Positions 1-12,886 of a stretch of DNA of 64,000 nt are shown piece after piece. Both the position numbers and the translations under genes were made by a program. Location of the stretch: the NCBI GenBank assembly GCA_020137815.1, contig CM035350.1, positions 1,054,001 to 1,118,000 of the forward strand, written 5' to 3'. Within the stretch, counting starts at the first letter, position 1; each line of letters starts with the position of its first letter. The DNA is from Hormiphora californensis (Eukaryota > Animalia > Ctenophora). The notes beneath the pieces were generated by a model that was not told the origin of the DNA, did no database searches, and saw nothing but the letters and a program-made list of their open reading frames with translations.

Positions 1-17
1 CGATCTGCGAGATAGTG

Positions 18-50
18 AGAAAGAGAGGGAGAGAGAGAGAGGGAGAGAGA

Positions 51-117
<67 letters not shown>

Positions 118-118
118 G

Positions 119-210
<92 letters not shown>
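18..210. repeat. (GA)n microsatellite
   Basis: About 190 bp of near-perfect GA dinucleotide; explains the RE-repeat ORF 15..275. Confidence 0.95.
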
Positions 211-213
<3 letters not shown>

Positions 214-613
214 GGGTGGGAGAGAGTATGAAAAAATGTTTTATGGCGAGGGCGGGTACGAATGCCATACAATAAAGATGAAGTTAGTGAGCCAGTCTAA
301 TTATGAATATGGAACTGTGCTCCACTAAAACAAAAGGCCCTTTCTTTTTTGTCGAAGATAAACGCATATCTAGCTCCATCAATTGCCGCCATTATTGTTC
401 CCTGGTACCAGCATGGCCCACCCCACTTATTATAGAGATTATGCAGCGTCAGTTCCTGAGGCTGTATAGCGTGCATGAAGATACTGCAGTCATCAGTCAT
501 CAATTATGACAACAGTTATCTAGGCTGTCAGCTCATGATATTATAGGGTCCACATTGTTAGTGATCACTTATCACCCCCGCCAAGGCGCCACTTGCCCAA
601 CTCTAACTCTTAC

Positions 614-3600
614 CTTGCTGGTGAACTGTTTCCTGATGAAAGGGAAGGTGAACTTGAGGAAGGTCCTTCCAAATATTTGGGATACCTCATGGTGTTGAAG
701 GGACTGGACAGACAGGGGCACGTGACAGAATGCTAGCCACCTGCAGATTGTTATGTGTTAGTTTCTACTAGTTAGCAGTTGTTATGTTATAGACTTCCTT
801 TACATTTTTAGACGACTAACGAGGGAAATATGTTATGTGTTTTTGCATATTCTTGCCCTTTCTTACCTAAAATAAATGGTCTTGTAGGCGTTAGTTTTTG
901 CGGCTGGATTTTTTTCGCTAAATACAGCAGGACTCTGTAGACTGAATTTGTTGATAAGGTATAGGAGGTATTTCCCAATATCTGAAAGTTTCTTCTGGTC
1001 CTCGGGCTGGGGGTGGAAAAGGAATAGATAGTTATAGTGAGTACTGAGAATTAGGGAGATACAGTTGTGCTCCGCCATGTTGGCCGCCTGCATAAAACGT
1101 TGCCTACGACACGATCTACGACGTCTAATACGCGTCCTGGATGGCGCTGTGCGGGCGTCCAATATGGCGGAGCACCACTGAGAGAGAGCTAGAGCTAGAG
1201 AGATAGTGAGAGAGAAAGAAAGATAAAATATAGTGAGCTGCGAGAGGATTACCCAGGTTATATTGTTTGATGTTATTTCTTTGTCCCCAACATTTTGTGG
1301 CCTCTTCTATGAGGGCTCCATTCACATTTGTGTCAAAGTCCAATCCGGTTCATATATTGCAAACGAGAATTTCGATTTGAGAAACTACCGATTTGAAATC
1401 AAATGGAATAGATCATTAAATCGACATATAATTCATGATATTTCTTGTGTTCATCCACTTTCATTGCCGCTATAGTTCTATCGGACATACAACTCCACAT
1501 AACCCCATGTGGCCCACCCCTTGGTGACTCAATCAAAGAGAGCCATGATGATGATTTGTGTTGTTACAATGAGCGTATGCCATCAACTATTCAAAACTAG
1601 TTATCTTTTGGGTAGTAACTACTAACTACTGTATAATTGCAGATGAAGATACAGCTTGGGCTGCATGGCACAATCATCTAATATCTCCATCGTTCATGAT
1701 AAACAGTTTATAATAAACGCTCTGTAATTACACCACCAGCGCCTTTAACCAATACTTTTAAACTATCTGTAATGGTGTGCCTTCCTTGTTTAATGAGGGG
1801 GGAGTATGGAGCATAACACGTACACGTTAGTATATAAAGGGTCGCGTTGCTACAATATTACCCACTCATGTCTTATTGAAATTATTCAATGTGGACTGAG
1901 AGTGTGTGTTTGAATATATTGATTGTGATATCCTATAACTGACCTAATTTCCATTATTTAGCTAGTTATTTGGCATGAGCAACACAACTGCAGCAGTCAA
2001 CTCAACAGTGATCTCTGGTGTTGGGCCGATTGATCAGGTCCTGTTTACCCTGGCCTTCCTAATCGGGACCCCCCTCAACCTCATCTGCTTTCTGTTCTTC
2101 TTGCTGGATAGGAAGAGTAGGGACTCTGCCTTCCACTCCATCAACCAATGGATCAGTATATTTGATACTGTTATCTGTGGTATCACCCTCATCCCCGCTG
2201 TCTCCTCCTTCTACCCAGAATCCTATGGCCTCCTACAGTACTCTGTGGTGTGTGTGGGACATGGTATCATGTGGAACATGGCCACCAGACAAGCTATATT
2301 CCAGGTCACTGTCCTCAGTGTGACTCGGTGCATGATAATGGTCTGGCCAATGATAATCATAAGGAAGAGGATGGTGTGGATAGTACTAGGAACATACGCA
2401 ACCATTCAACTAGTCCAGGCCACAATCCCTCTCTGGTTTGGACAAACCTACATCTACTACCAGGGGATATGCTCCTGGGGTTTCAATGCGATCCTGAATC
2501 TGGCTGTGGAGAATGGATGGATACATGAAGCAGCCAAGAACGATTGGAACGTAGCAGTGAACTTTTTAACATTTATTGTTCAGTATACCATCCCTACAAC
2601 AGTGGTGTTTGTCAGCGGTCTGGTGACATGTACCGCAGTCTGGTTGAAGTCAGTTGGAATCGGAAAGAAGGATCCCAAGAAAGATGTCACGATCACCGTG
2701 ATATTGCTAACTGGAGCGTGTGTACTAGCAAATGGGCCTCTATCCACTATTGCCTGTATCTTCATCCACAACCTTACAACAGGATCTTCCCATGGCTACT
2801 CAGTTTGGCTGGCTGACTTTGCTGCACGGCATGCTGCAACAATCAACTCCACACTCAACGCGACCATATACATCACAAGAATCAGGAGGTTGAGGCTGTT
2901 CATTTTATCAAGAGCGGAGCGACCGAGAGCAAGCCTTGTAAGGCGGTTCACCAGCTTTACCTTCACCAACTTGACCTTCACAAACAGAGAGGCGAGTCTA
3001 TGCAGTAAGGTCGAGACGCCAATGTGAACAGTAACGGCGGGCAAAAAGACTTGACGAACTCTCTTGCCTGGATTCATTTCTTGCAAATTGTGTAGTTACA
3101 GTGGTGCCCCGTACCAACGGACAACACTTTTAGACCCGAAAATATATATATATATATTCATTGTTTTTACGTTGAAAAGGAGCGGGTTACGGTAGAGAGG
3201 CCTCTCTAGAGGGTTGATCACACTGGTAGATTGGGTCGGTAGAAAAGGAGGCCACACCATCTTTTGAACGTATCTTGCGAGCGCCATCCGTCCAGGCGCT
3301 ATCGAAAGTACACATTTCGCATTTCACACAGCCCCCATTTCTACCGACTCAATCTACCAACGCGATAGTCCCGACCTCGTAATCCGCAAGATGTTGCTAT
3401 GCTGTATACTCACTGTGTAATGTTTAAAATTGTTGTTGATAAATGAAGTGATTGCTTTTGAAATTGTAACGGTCTCAAAGGGCGGCTTCCCAAATGTTGG
3501 CTCTACATTCGGCTCAGTGCACTGGCTCACAGCCTTCCGCAGAATCTTTAGTAGGATAAAAAGAGCGTGTTTTAGGACTGAGTCCGTCTCCCTGAAACAA

Positions 3601-4200
3601 ACCAAGCATTTTAAAAATATCCGACTATTTAACAGTGGTGTTCCTTCATATTGGCCGAGCGCATGAAGCATCGCCCAAATCGTTGTCCACGACGTCTAAG
3701 ACACAGTCCGCTGACATTGAATGCTTGGACAACGCTTTAGGCGGCACTGCACTGTGCGGGTGGTCAATGTGACGGAGCACCATGTGACAAATAAGATATT
3801 AACGAAGAAGATTATTGCAGTGGAGGACTAACTTGTGATAAAGGGTGTAGAGAAGATCAATTTCCACAGTTAGATCCAAAATACTCTCTCGTTGCGGTAC
3901 CGACAAGGTTAGAACTTTCTCGATATGGTACTGAAAACAAGGAAGGCATAACAAATGGCAAAGTTATCCCCCACAGTTTAAAAGTACCTGAATGGCATGC
4001 CCACAGTTGGAGCAGTCCCGGGACGGTGCACTAGAACCATTCTTCCAGAAGCAGCAATTACAGCCACTGTTTTTGCACGGAGAGTAGGATGCGATACGTT
4101 CTAGCTGTTTCGATTGAGATATATTTCGAAATGCAGCTTTATTGGAAAGTGTAGCTTGCAGTAATCCCTTTCCTTTCTCGACGGAACTACTCTCGGACAT
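614..4200 (-). CDS. KAT2A/B: Histone acetyltransferase KAT2A/B (GCN5/PCAF), N-terminal PCAF domain exons; gene continues beyond the left edge
   Basis: Exons 4200-3988, 3930-3833, 3591-3414, 1006-867 and 740-614 with GT-AG ends splice in frame. They give ...KQLERIASYSPCKNSGCNCCFWKN...CSNCGHAIQYHI...KPPFETVTISKAI...AYKTIYFRWLAFCHVP...QIFGRTFLK, collinear with the PCAF_N domain. Confidence 0.88.
1062..1180. mobile_element. Small MITE-like inverted repeat in KAT2 intron
   Basis: CAGTTGTGCTCCGCCATGTTGG ... CCAATATGGCGGAGCACCACTG terminal inverted repeats; no clear TSD. Confidence 0.55.
1975..3027 (+). CDS. Intronless rhodopsin-like (class A) 7TM GPCR, nested antisense in KAT2 intron
   Basis: 350-aa ORF with N-terminal N-glycosylation sequons (NTT, NST) and seven hydrophobic segments. 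Motifs: TM1 GxxxN, TM2 D, TM3 end SVTRC (DRY-like), TM7 NSTLNATIY (NPxxY-like). Confidence 0.88.
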   Translation: MSNTTAAVNSTVISGVGPIDQVLFTLAFLIGTPLNLICFLFFLLDRKSRDSAFHSINQWISIFDTVICGITLIPAVSSFYPESYGLLQYSVVCVGHGIMWNMATRQAIFQVTVLSVTRCMIMVWPMIIIRKRMVWIVLGTYATIQLVQATIPLWFGQTYIYYQGICSWGFNAILNLAVENGWIHEAAKNDWNVAVNFLTFIVQYTIPTTVVFVSGLVTCTAVWLKSVGIGKKDPKKDVTITVILLTGACVLANGPLSTIACIFIHNLTTGSSHGYSVWLADFAARHAATINSTLNATIYITRIRRLRLFILSRAERPRASLVRRFTSFTFTNLTFTNREASLCSKVETPM

Positions 4201-4830
4201 AAGGCGAAACAAAATCCAGCGGAATTTTTTTTGTCGGTTTGCGAAACTTTTCCAACTTCGAAACTTCACAAATTAAACACCTTTTCTTGTTTAATTTCGG
4301 GAAACGCGGCGCGGCTTTATATTTGCGCGTTTGACATATTTCAAAATGCTTTTTGCGATGTGCTTTCATTTGTTAGAAGGGCGCGGCGCGCGTCTGATTC
4401 GTAAACTGCAACCTCACTTGTGACTACGTGTTGAGCAATACGATACGAGTCGGAGGGCGGTGTACTGGGGGACTTGCGTAACACTTGATCAGTCAAACAC
4501 ACTGGATCGTTTCAAGCCAATACCATTAAACTCAATCAACACATACACAATGAATTGCAACACGTATACCTGCGTGCATTGTACAAAATGAACTTTACAC
4601 GCCTCATTAGTTACCGAGAGGAAATGTGGTCATAAAAACTGGACCAACAGTAGCACCCATTTAACAGAACTGGGGTAAAATGGATCAAATCGTAAAACAA
4701 ATTACTACGCCAGCAATACGCCTGTTCTACTACATCGCTCTCGATTATAACTCTACAATTTTCTATCTTACACCGGAACCTAGACACTGTTAGATCATGG
4801 AAGAAAAACTCAGCAATTAATACTCCCCCA

Positions 4831-7800
4831 TTAACTTAAAATGTTCCTAATTTCCTTATGGATAGAACACAAAAAGTCCGTGTAGTTGAGGCCCTGTTCC
4901 AGTTTGTCCTCTACTAGGAACTGCCGGAATATGTGTTCTGACTTGTCGTTCTGTCTCACTATATTTAACCTCAGGTACTGGCCCCTCTGTCCCCTGATCT
5001 CCTCCACAACACCCCTGACTCTGGTAGAGGTTGCGTTATCGAAGGGTTGCAGATTGCCCTGTGTCGGGTCCACCCCATCTAACATTGTAGCCCCGAACAC
5101 TTCTTGTAGCCATTTTGAGGGTGTAGCAGCGCCCACCCACAGGATCAAAACGAGACCGTTCTCCAGGAGATGGGCACCAGACTCCCTGATCCTGTCGTAG
5201 GAGGGTCTCACCATGGGGGGCATACCCTCATTACCCAGTGTAGAGGTGTTCAAACTGAGGGGAGGGGTGGAGGGGTTAGTTGGAGAATATACCATGTACA
5301 CGGGTAATTAAACTACCCCCGGAAGTGTATCGGTACACTGCTGTGTATTTAACTAGTTGAGTACACTGAGAAACAGTAGCACTCAGTGTACAAATGAGGC
5401 ATGTATAACACACGTCACTAGGTAGTGCTCCAGGATACCTGTATAATCGAGGATAGAGGAAGAGTTCAGTTTGTTGAACACTCATCATTGCCAGTCTCTG
5501 TAACAAGTTACTTCTCTCGTCAAATCCAACCTGAGACACAGCAGGGGTTAGGGGCTGACCAGATGAACAACAGTGTTTGAGGCAGGCGAATAGTTTGAGG
5601 CAGAAACTCTGTAGTGATAAAAAGACAGACAGACAGAAAGACAGACAGAGAATGTAGAGTGGAAGATATTTAAAACGTTTGTTCTTGCTTGTACACATTA
5701 TAAAGAGAGCGTGTAGTGCGGTTGTTGTATACAGGCTGTGAGCTTTCTCTCTCTGTGTGACGTCACACAGCATGTACTAGTAAAGCAGCATGTACTACTG
5801 ACCTCCAGTGAGGGAAGGAGAGCGGGGGATCGTAGCAGGCAGTGTGAGTAGAGTGGTAGCAGTTTGAGGGTCTCAGGTAGGATGAGTTGCCCAGGTTGGG
5901 AGGGAGATGCACAGTTCTGTCGGTAACACGCCAAACTCTGGCTCACCTTACCCGTCAACTGTTCCTTCAACTGAGAGGAGAGGGGTGGTTATACTATAGA
6001 TGTTGAGGGAAATAATACGGATATCACGTTAAAACCTCGGACTTCCTTGAAGTTAATAATAATCATGAGTCTCACGTTTTTGTATGAGTGGTTAGAAAGG
6101 AGAGCCTTCCCGAACTCCTTAGTTAGAGAGTTGGCCATGGTGTCCACATCACAAGACTTGTAGATATCAGCCAGGTTGGATGAGACAGGTAGGGAGATGT
6201 TGAGGAGCCGCAACTTCCTGACACCAGACATGGAAGTGTAGAGCAGGGCCACCTGGTGAGATGGGGTTAGTGGGTGATGGGAGATGGGGTTAGTGGGTGA
6301 TGGGAGATGGGGTTAGTGGGGGATGGGAGGGGATTATAACCTGTATAGGTTGAGGTAATACAAGAAGGAAGGAAGAGTGAAAATGCCACGTGGATATTAG
6401 ATAAAGGAATCGTCATTTGAGAAGCCATGACTTCACAAATGACGACTCACGAAACCTAATACCTAATATCTAACACCTTACTATGTCCATGTGGTATATA
6501 TGCAACATCATAATCAATCCTACCTGAACATAAGCATTGAACTCCTCAGCTAGCTTATCATCATGTTTCATCTCAATAGTGGTGGTAGATGAGGGAGTCA
6601 TCACTGCTATCTCTACATCAGTAGCGTTCTGCATCAGGAAGTTACCACAGAACTCTACTGGCCGGAGTCCATTAGAGGTCCTCATTCGGAGGACAGTGTC
6701 AAATACACATGGCTGGGACACGTGCATAGCCAGGTCCTGGGGAAGGGAGGGGTGATGATGGGGGTGTTGGGTTATGGTGTTGGTTGGACAGACACGAGTA
6801 CATACAATTCTCTACTCTCTCTCACCCTCATCTCTCCCCGTCTCACTCTTTCCCCCTCTTTGTGACGGCTAGCCAAACAAACAGAGACAGGTTTAGCAGC
6901 AGTAGATCTACCAACAAACACCCACCCTCACTGCGACTCAGTACAACAACATGAGACCAAGATAGAAAAACAGTACCCGCAATTGGGCAAGAGTGGTCAT
7001 AAACAGATAAACATGTCACACACACACACAAACTGACACACCCCATTTTGGTACATTATAACCGTAACAATTCTAAAAACAGACACACATTGTAATTACC
7101 TGAATGAACCGTTCACCATCCACATCAGCCCTGAACATTGGGTACCTCTGAAGGGTTCCTCCAGTAGCTGCTGTCACCTTCCCCAGACTCGCCACATCCA
7201 CATAGGAGTGGGGGAAGAGGAAGAGGTCCACCCCAACACCCACGTCAACACATTCCCTGGCAACCTTCTCAAATATGGGGTCGCTGGGTACCAGCAAGGA
7301 GGCCTCCTGCAGAGAAAGGTAGGTGTGACTCATTTTCTACCCTCTTTTAAACCACTCTCACAATACCCCCTCCCTCTCATACAATCTCCCCCTCTCCTGG
7401 AGAGCCTTACAGAGTGGCAATGTCGGTAAGGTGTAACAGGCAGCCAATCACAGGGCAGGAGGGAGGTCACGTGATCTGAACTGGCCAATGAGAGGGCAGG
7501 ATTGGAAGGGAGGTAACAAGTACTTAACCCCTCCTGGACAGTTGGATCCCCCACTGAGATGGAGTTAATAAACCATGCCCAAGATGTCACGTGACCTGGT
7601 AGGAGGGCTCCCATTGGTCAGCCACCCCGGGGGGTCTACCAACAAGGGCTCACCCTGAACAAGGCACACACTTTTCACACTAGATCCAGCCACTCTTGTC
7701 AGAACTCCACTCTCTCGTTACTTGTGTTATAATGGCCAAGGTTTTCTCTCCCAAGATAGTCTTCCAGCAACCAGACACTACTCTATCTGGTAGTGGCAGT

Positions 7801-10800
7801 ACCCTCCAGGCTTACTATACCCACCTACTGTACAACAGATCAATACACCAGCTGATACAGCAGTGCGGTAGTAACTCAGGGAGTTCTAATGTGGGGTGGC
7901 CCAAAACCAGCTTTTTACTGCAGTATAAGAGACCCGGAACCACTGCTACATTATTGAATACTGACAAATGGGTAGGTGATCGGCGCTATTTGATCCAATT
8001 AGTTACTATTTGATCCAATTCGTTGCTATTTGATACAGAATTTATGGTAGAAATATTTGCCATTCTATTCCTTGTTTTTCTGGTACTACTCAATATTCAA
8101 CATTCCATATCTCTCTCAGAGTGAGCAAAAGAGAGTGAGGTGTAGCTACCCCAACTGCAACAAGACCTTTGGAAGGAACGAGGAGAAGACGCGACATGAG
8201 AAGATCCACCTCGGACTGAAACCATACCAGTGTAACAAGGTAATTAGACTGACAGAACATTCTAGGATATATATTCACATTTTAGGACACTGTACAGTGT
8301 ACTCCAGGTCAGTAACGGATAGCAGCGTGTTCTACAGAAACCATGGCACACTTTGTTCGACCCTCTCTCAAGGGTTAGAACAAGCAAAATCAGCGGGATG
8401 TAATCTAATAAAACCCCTCCCCCTCTCTCCAGTGTTATAAGAAGTTTGGTAGGAAGGATCACTTGAAGCAACATGACAGGACTCACAGTAGGAAGGAACA
8501 GAGGAGTGAGAAGACAATGACTACGGCAGGAATGTTAGTGGGTCTTAATAACCCATGAACTATCTAGATGTGTGTAAATACTGTACAAAGAGTTGTGAAT
8601 ATGTTGTGATATTGGGAGGCGCTACTAGAGCATTCTCTAACACTTGTGACATTATTTGAATGTGACATGTGAGACCCTAACTGTACAGTGTACAGCTCAG
8701 TTATATGTGAGTTGTGACATCGCTGATTACCCCCGTAAATCGTTGTGATAATGTGATATAGTTACCTTCTCAGTTCCCAAAAGTTTCTTGTCCTCCCTGT
8801 TCTTGAGTTGTCCTGGTGCTACTGCAGTGGGTAGGCCACTATGGAACACCAGAATCTTGCCAGGTCTGTTAGCAGCCTTGAGGGCAGCACACCCTGCCTG
8901 GACTACTGGTACAAACATGCTCTCTCCCTTCTTCTGCTCTCCGTGGATGGTGGGAATTAGATCCATCAAGGTCTTGAGGTGGGTCTGGGCCTCCTCGACA
9001 GTAACCAGGAACCCATCCACTAGGGGCACAAACACCTCACTTATATCAGGGGACACCTGGTGATAGTGGGAGAGTTGTTAATGTGGAGTGGGGAGGATGG
9101 GATAATGAGAGCAGACTAGGGAGGAATTCAACATACCATCATAACGGGTTGTGCAAGGGAAGGTCGGAGATTGTAAAAGTGAAGTTGGTTAGTGTAGGTG
9201 ATGAATCCGACTCTAATGGGTGTCTTGTCCTGTCCTTCCTCTTTGGGTAGGTTAGCCAGCACAGCCGATATGTTAGATGTTAGTGTCTGGGTGGGAAGGA
9301 CGGGGTTACAGACTAGAATAGGGCAGGCAATTTGGAATAACAATTTGGATTAACAAATCCTGTAAACATGTCACGTACTAAACACACATGTTTCACAGTG
9401 AAATGTGTGGTTTACTAAGTGAAATTTTCACCACCCTCTCTCACCTGTACAACACCAGATTGGAATGATGCGAAGCTAACATCAATACAGAAGATGTAGG
9501 CGGCTGATTGTGGTAACTTGCTGCCCTTGCAGTAGTCAGTAGTGGCCAGGAACTCGTAACTGCCCCTACTAAGTTCAGGTCTCTGGTCGGTATCTGCCCT
9601 CCTACCCGTGTGGTCCAGGTTGCAGTAGTACTCAGGAGGGACCTCTGTATCAACATTACACAGATTACACACAAACTTCCGTCCCCCATCAATGAACTTT
9701 ACATGGGGGTTGATGTATGCTTTACACCTTCTACATCTCAGGGGGCCACCCATAACCGACATGTCTATACAGGCAAGGGGCGCCTCTCCTGGACTTAGCC
9801 TGGCCATGGGCTGTACTGCAAAACCTGGGGAGGGAGAGGGGAATTAGTGGCTGTTGGAGGACATGGTTGAAACAGAGAGAAGAGTAATATTGAAAATGAT
9901 ATTTTAACTTACTCATTGGCATGTTGACTTGGTTTGCAATGTCCTTGGTAGATGGGACGGTATAGAAACAGGACCGGATAAACCTAGGACTGCTGTTTCC
10001 CATATCCAGGATGGGTAATATCAGTGGTGACTAGAGGTGGTACTCCTGGAGTGCTGGTAACCCACTGCTTCCCCTCATACTGGATCCACATCTGCTTTCT
10101 GGAACTGTCAGCGGGTTGGGCATTAGGTCAGGGATCGATACGATTCCTGGGAGTCTGGGGTTGTGCTGGTGCAGGTTGGGGCATGGATGGTAGTTGACCC
10201 TGCATGCCCGCCCCTGGGTTGGCTATGATCGGGGCAGCAGGATGCCGGACTGGCTTGGGATCCAGGGGGTCCAGGAGGCGGCATCTGGGGTCCAGCTAGT
10301 GAAGCAGGAGAGTTGACACCATAGCTAGCTGTGGAGGGATATGGTCTCCTAGGTCCACCCCGGGGAGGTCCACCAGGTGGAGGTCCGAACCCTGGTTGGG
10401 ACATTGGAGGGGGCTGGCTGAACTGTGAACCCCCGAAGGCGGAGGGAGGGCCTGAGGGAGGGGCGGATCCACTTGAGATTCCTTGAAGTCCTGGTGAGTA
10501 GCTGTTTGGAGGCGGCTGAGCAAAACCGCTGTTTGGTGGCTGCAGTCCGTACGGCTGGGAGCTAGGAGGGGCGCCAAATGGAGCTGGTTGGGAGCTAGGA
10601 GGGGCGCCAAATGGAGCCGGCTGGGAGCTAGGAGGGGCGCCAAATGGAGCTGGCTGGGAGCTAGGAGGGGCGCCAAATGGAGGCGGCTGGGAGCTAGGAG
10701 GGGCGCCAAATGGAGGCGGCTGGGAGCTAGGAGGGGCGCCAAATGGAGGCGGCTGGGAACTGGGCGGGGCGCCAAATGGAGCCGGCTGGGAGCTAGGAGG

Positions 10801-12120
10801 GGCGCCAAATGGAGCCGGCTGGGAGCTAGGCGGGGCGCCAAATGGAGTTGGCTGGGAGCTGGGAGGGGCGCCAAATGGAGGTGGCTGGGAGCTAGGAGGG
10901 GCGCCAAATGGAGCCGGCTGGGAAGTAGGAGGGGCGCCAAATGGAGCTGGCTGGGAGCTAGGAGGGGCTCCAAATGGAGCCGGCTGGGAGCTAGGAGGGG
11001 CGCCAAATGGAGCTGGCTGGGAGCTAGGAGGGGCGCCAAATGGAGCTGGCTGGGAGCTGGGAGGGGCGCCAAATGGAGCCGGCTGGGAGCTAGGAGGGGC
11101 TCCAAATGGAGCTGGCTGGGAGCTGGGAGGGGCGCCAAATGGAGCTGGTTGGGAGCTAGGAGGGGCGCCAAATGGAGGCGGCTGGGAGCTAGGAGGGGCG
11201 CCAAATGGAGCCGGCTGGGAGCTAGGAGGGGCGCCAAATGGAGCTGGCTGGGAGCTAGGAGGGGCGCCGAATGGAGCCGGCTGGGAGCTAGGAGGGGCAC
11301 CAAATGGAGCCGGCTGGGAGCTAGGAGGGGCGCCAAATGGAGCCGGCTGGGAGCTGGGAGGGGCGCCAAATGGAGCCGGCTGGGAGCTGGGAGGGGCGCC
11401 AAATGGAGCCGGCTGGGAGCTAGGAGGGGCGCCAAATGGAGGTGGCTGGGAGCTAGGAGGGGCGCCAAATGGAGCCGGCTGGGAGCTAGGAGGGGCACCA
11501 AATGGAGGTGGCTGGGAGCTAGGAGGGGCGCCAAATGGAGCCGGCTGGGAAGTTGGGGCTCCAAAAGGTGGACTAGGTTGTGAAGGAGCTCCAAAAGGGG
11601 GTTGAGAGGAGGGCGGTTGAGGGCTCTGGTTTGATCGAGGAGATGGTGAACCATTAGAGTTGTCGAAAGGAGATGGTTTAGCAAGACCTCCGAAGGGAGA
11701 GGCACCTGGAGGTGGAGCACCAAATGGAGCCCCAGATTTAGGTGGGAAGGGAGATCCACTGGGGGTCGATGTAACAGGAGGGACGAATGGAGCACCGTTA
11801 GACTTGTCAGATAATGAAACACCCTGCATTTGGGCAGTGGGAGGTCCCCCAAAGGGAGGCCTCATACCAGATGGGGGTGGACCAGGCGGGGCTCCTCCGA
11901 AACTGGGAGGGGGCTTTCCATTAAATGATGGAGGCGGTCCATTAAAAGATGGAGGCGGTCCGTTAAAAGATGGAGGCGGTCCATTGAAAGATGGAGGCGG
12001 TCCATTGAAAGATGGAGGCGGTCCGTTGAAAGATGGAGGGGGTCCGGGAGGCCTCATACCAGGAGCTTTAGCACCAGGGGCAGGCCCCATGGTGGGAGGT
12101 CCAGAAAACTGGGTACTCAT
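4831..12120 (-). CDS. SEC24C: COPII coat protein SEC24C/D, multi-exon
   Basis: Pro-rich N-terminus, zinc finger RCRRCKAYINP...CNLC, vWA trunk (IFCIDVS, GKILVFHSGLP), beta-sandwich (LRMRTSNGLRP), helical domain (GQLILPETLKLLPLY) and gelsolin-like C-terminus (FLVEDK...YTDFLCSIHKEIR). A few single-base indels near 10100-10250. Confidence 0.93.
6258..6330. repeat. 23-bp tandem repeat in SEC24 intron
   Basis: GAGATGGGGTTAGTGGGTGATGG repeated about 3 times. Confidence 0.8.
8120..8558 (+). CDS. C2H2 zinc-finger protein, huckebein-like (EGR/KLF-related fingers), nested antisense in a SEC24 intron; 5' exons unresolved
   Basis: Exons 8120-8239 and 8433-8558 (AG/GT flanked) join to CSYPNCNKTFGRNEEKTRHEKIHLGLKPYQCNK|CYKKFGRKDHLKQHDRTH, ending in TGA. 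Confidence 0.8.
10556..11570 (-). repeat. 33-bp coding minisatellite in SEC24 (APFGAPPSSQP, about 30 copies)
   Basis: Highly homogeneous unit such as GGCTGGGAGCTAGGAGGGGCGCCAAATGGAGCC on the plus strand; a second 21-bp repeat (GPPPSFN) lies at about 11915-12040. Confidence 0.95.
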
Positions 12121-12886
12121 TAAAGCATTACCTAAACACGTGGGCGTGTTAGAGAGAAAATAGTGATGTATCCAAAAGTGGCAAAAAAATAACAATTTCT
12201 AACTAAATGGAAAATGAGAAACTAAAATGTCAACAGAAATATTGATTGAGAAGGAAGTAGAGCCTCAGGCAAAGACTCTTCTCAGGGGGCACATGCATTT
12301 TGTGTAAACATGGAGCCAAAATTAGAGCTTATTGCTAGCAAAAGGGCTGACGTGGTAGGCTCAAAAGAGCGCAAAGTTATCTCCCGACGGACCGATCCTT
12401 GGATTAAAAACGCGCAGAAAACGAACTGCGCAGTACACATGGCAGCGCAATCGTAATTTTACCGCAGAATACGGCCTCCACTCAACCAATGAGATCGGAT
12501 CGGCACCACCAGCCAGCTCAATCAATGAATTTAGTTTAGACGTGAAACAACGGGGTTTTGGTTTATTCAAAATGTTACACAAGTAAGGTGTACACGCTAA
12601 AATGCCGCGAGAAGAAAAAACGACTAGTTCAGCAACTACATCAGGCCAGTGATGTACAAACATATAGTACGGCACATGGGAAGAACCTTAGTGACATTGT
12701 GTGACAAGAAAGGTACAAAGCGATATAGCTATAACAACACCCTATTATATAATAATATTGGCCTACAAACTTCTGGTTCAGCGAGTAAATAACTCAGTTA
12801 CTTTATCTTAATTGTGTCTGTTGTATGTACCCTTACCCAAACAGCACACAGAATAAGTTACTAGATTATTCAGCATTTCTCTCTCT

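Noticed and set aside
15-275. RE-repeat ORF
   Set aside because: Translation of a (GA)n microsatellite.
3097-3125. Tc1-like TIR start TACAGTGGTGCCCCG
   Set aside because: No matching opposite terminus found in the intron.
10556-11570. CRISPR-like regular repeats
   Set aside because: No unique spacers; it is a coding minisatellite in a eukaryotic gene.
10296-11852. Long alternative-frame and antisense ORFs (518 aa, 331 aa)
   Set aside because: By-products of the stop-free 33-bp SEC24 repeat.
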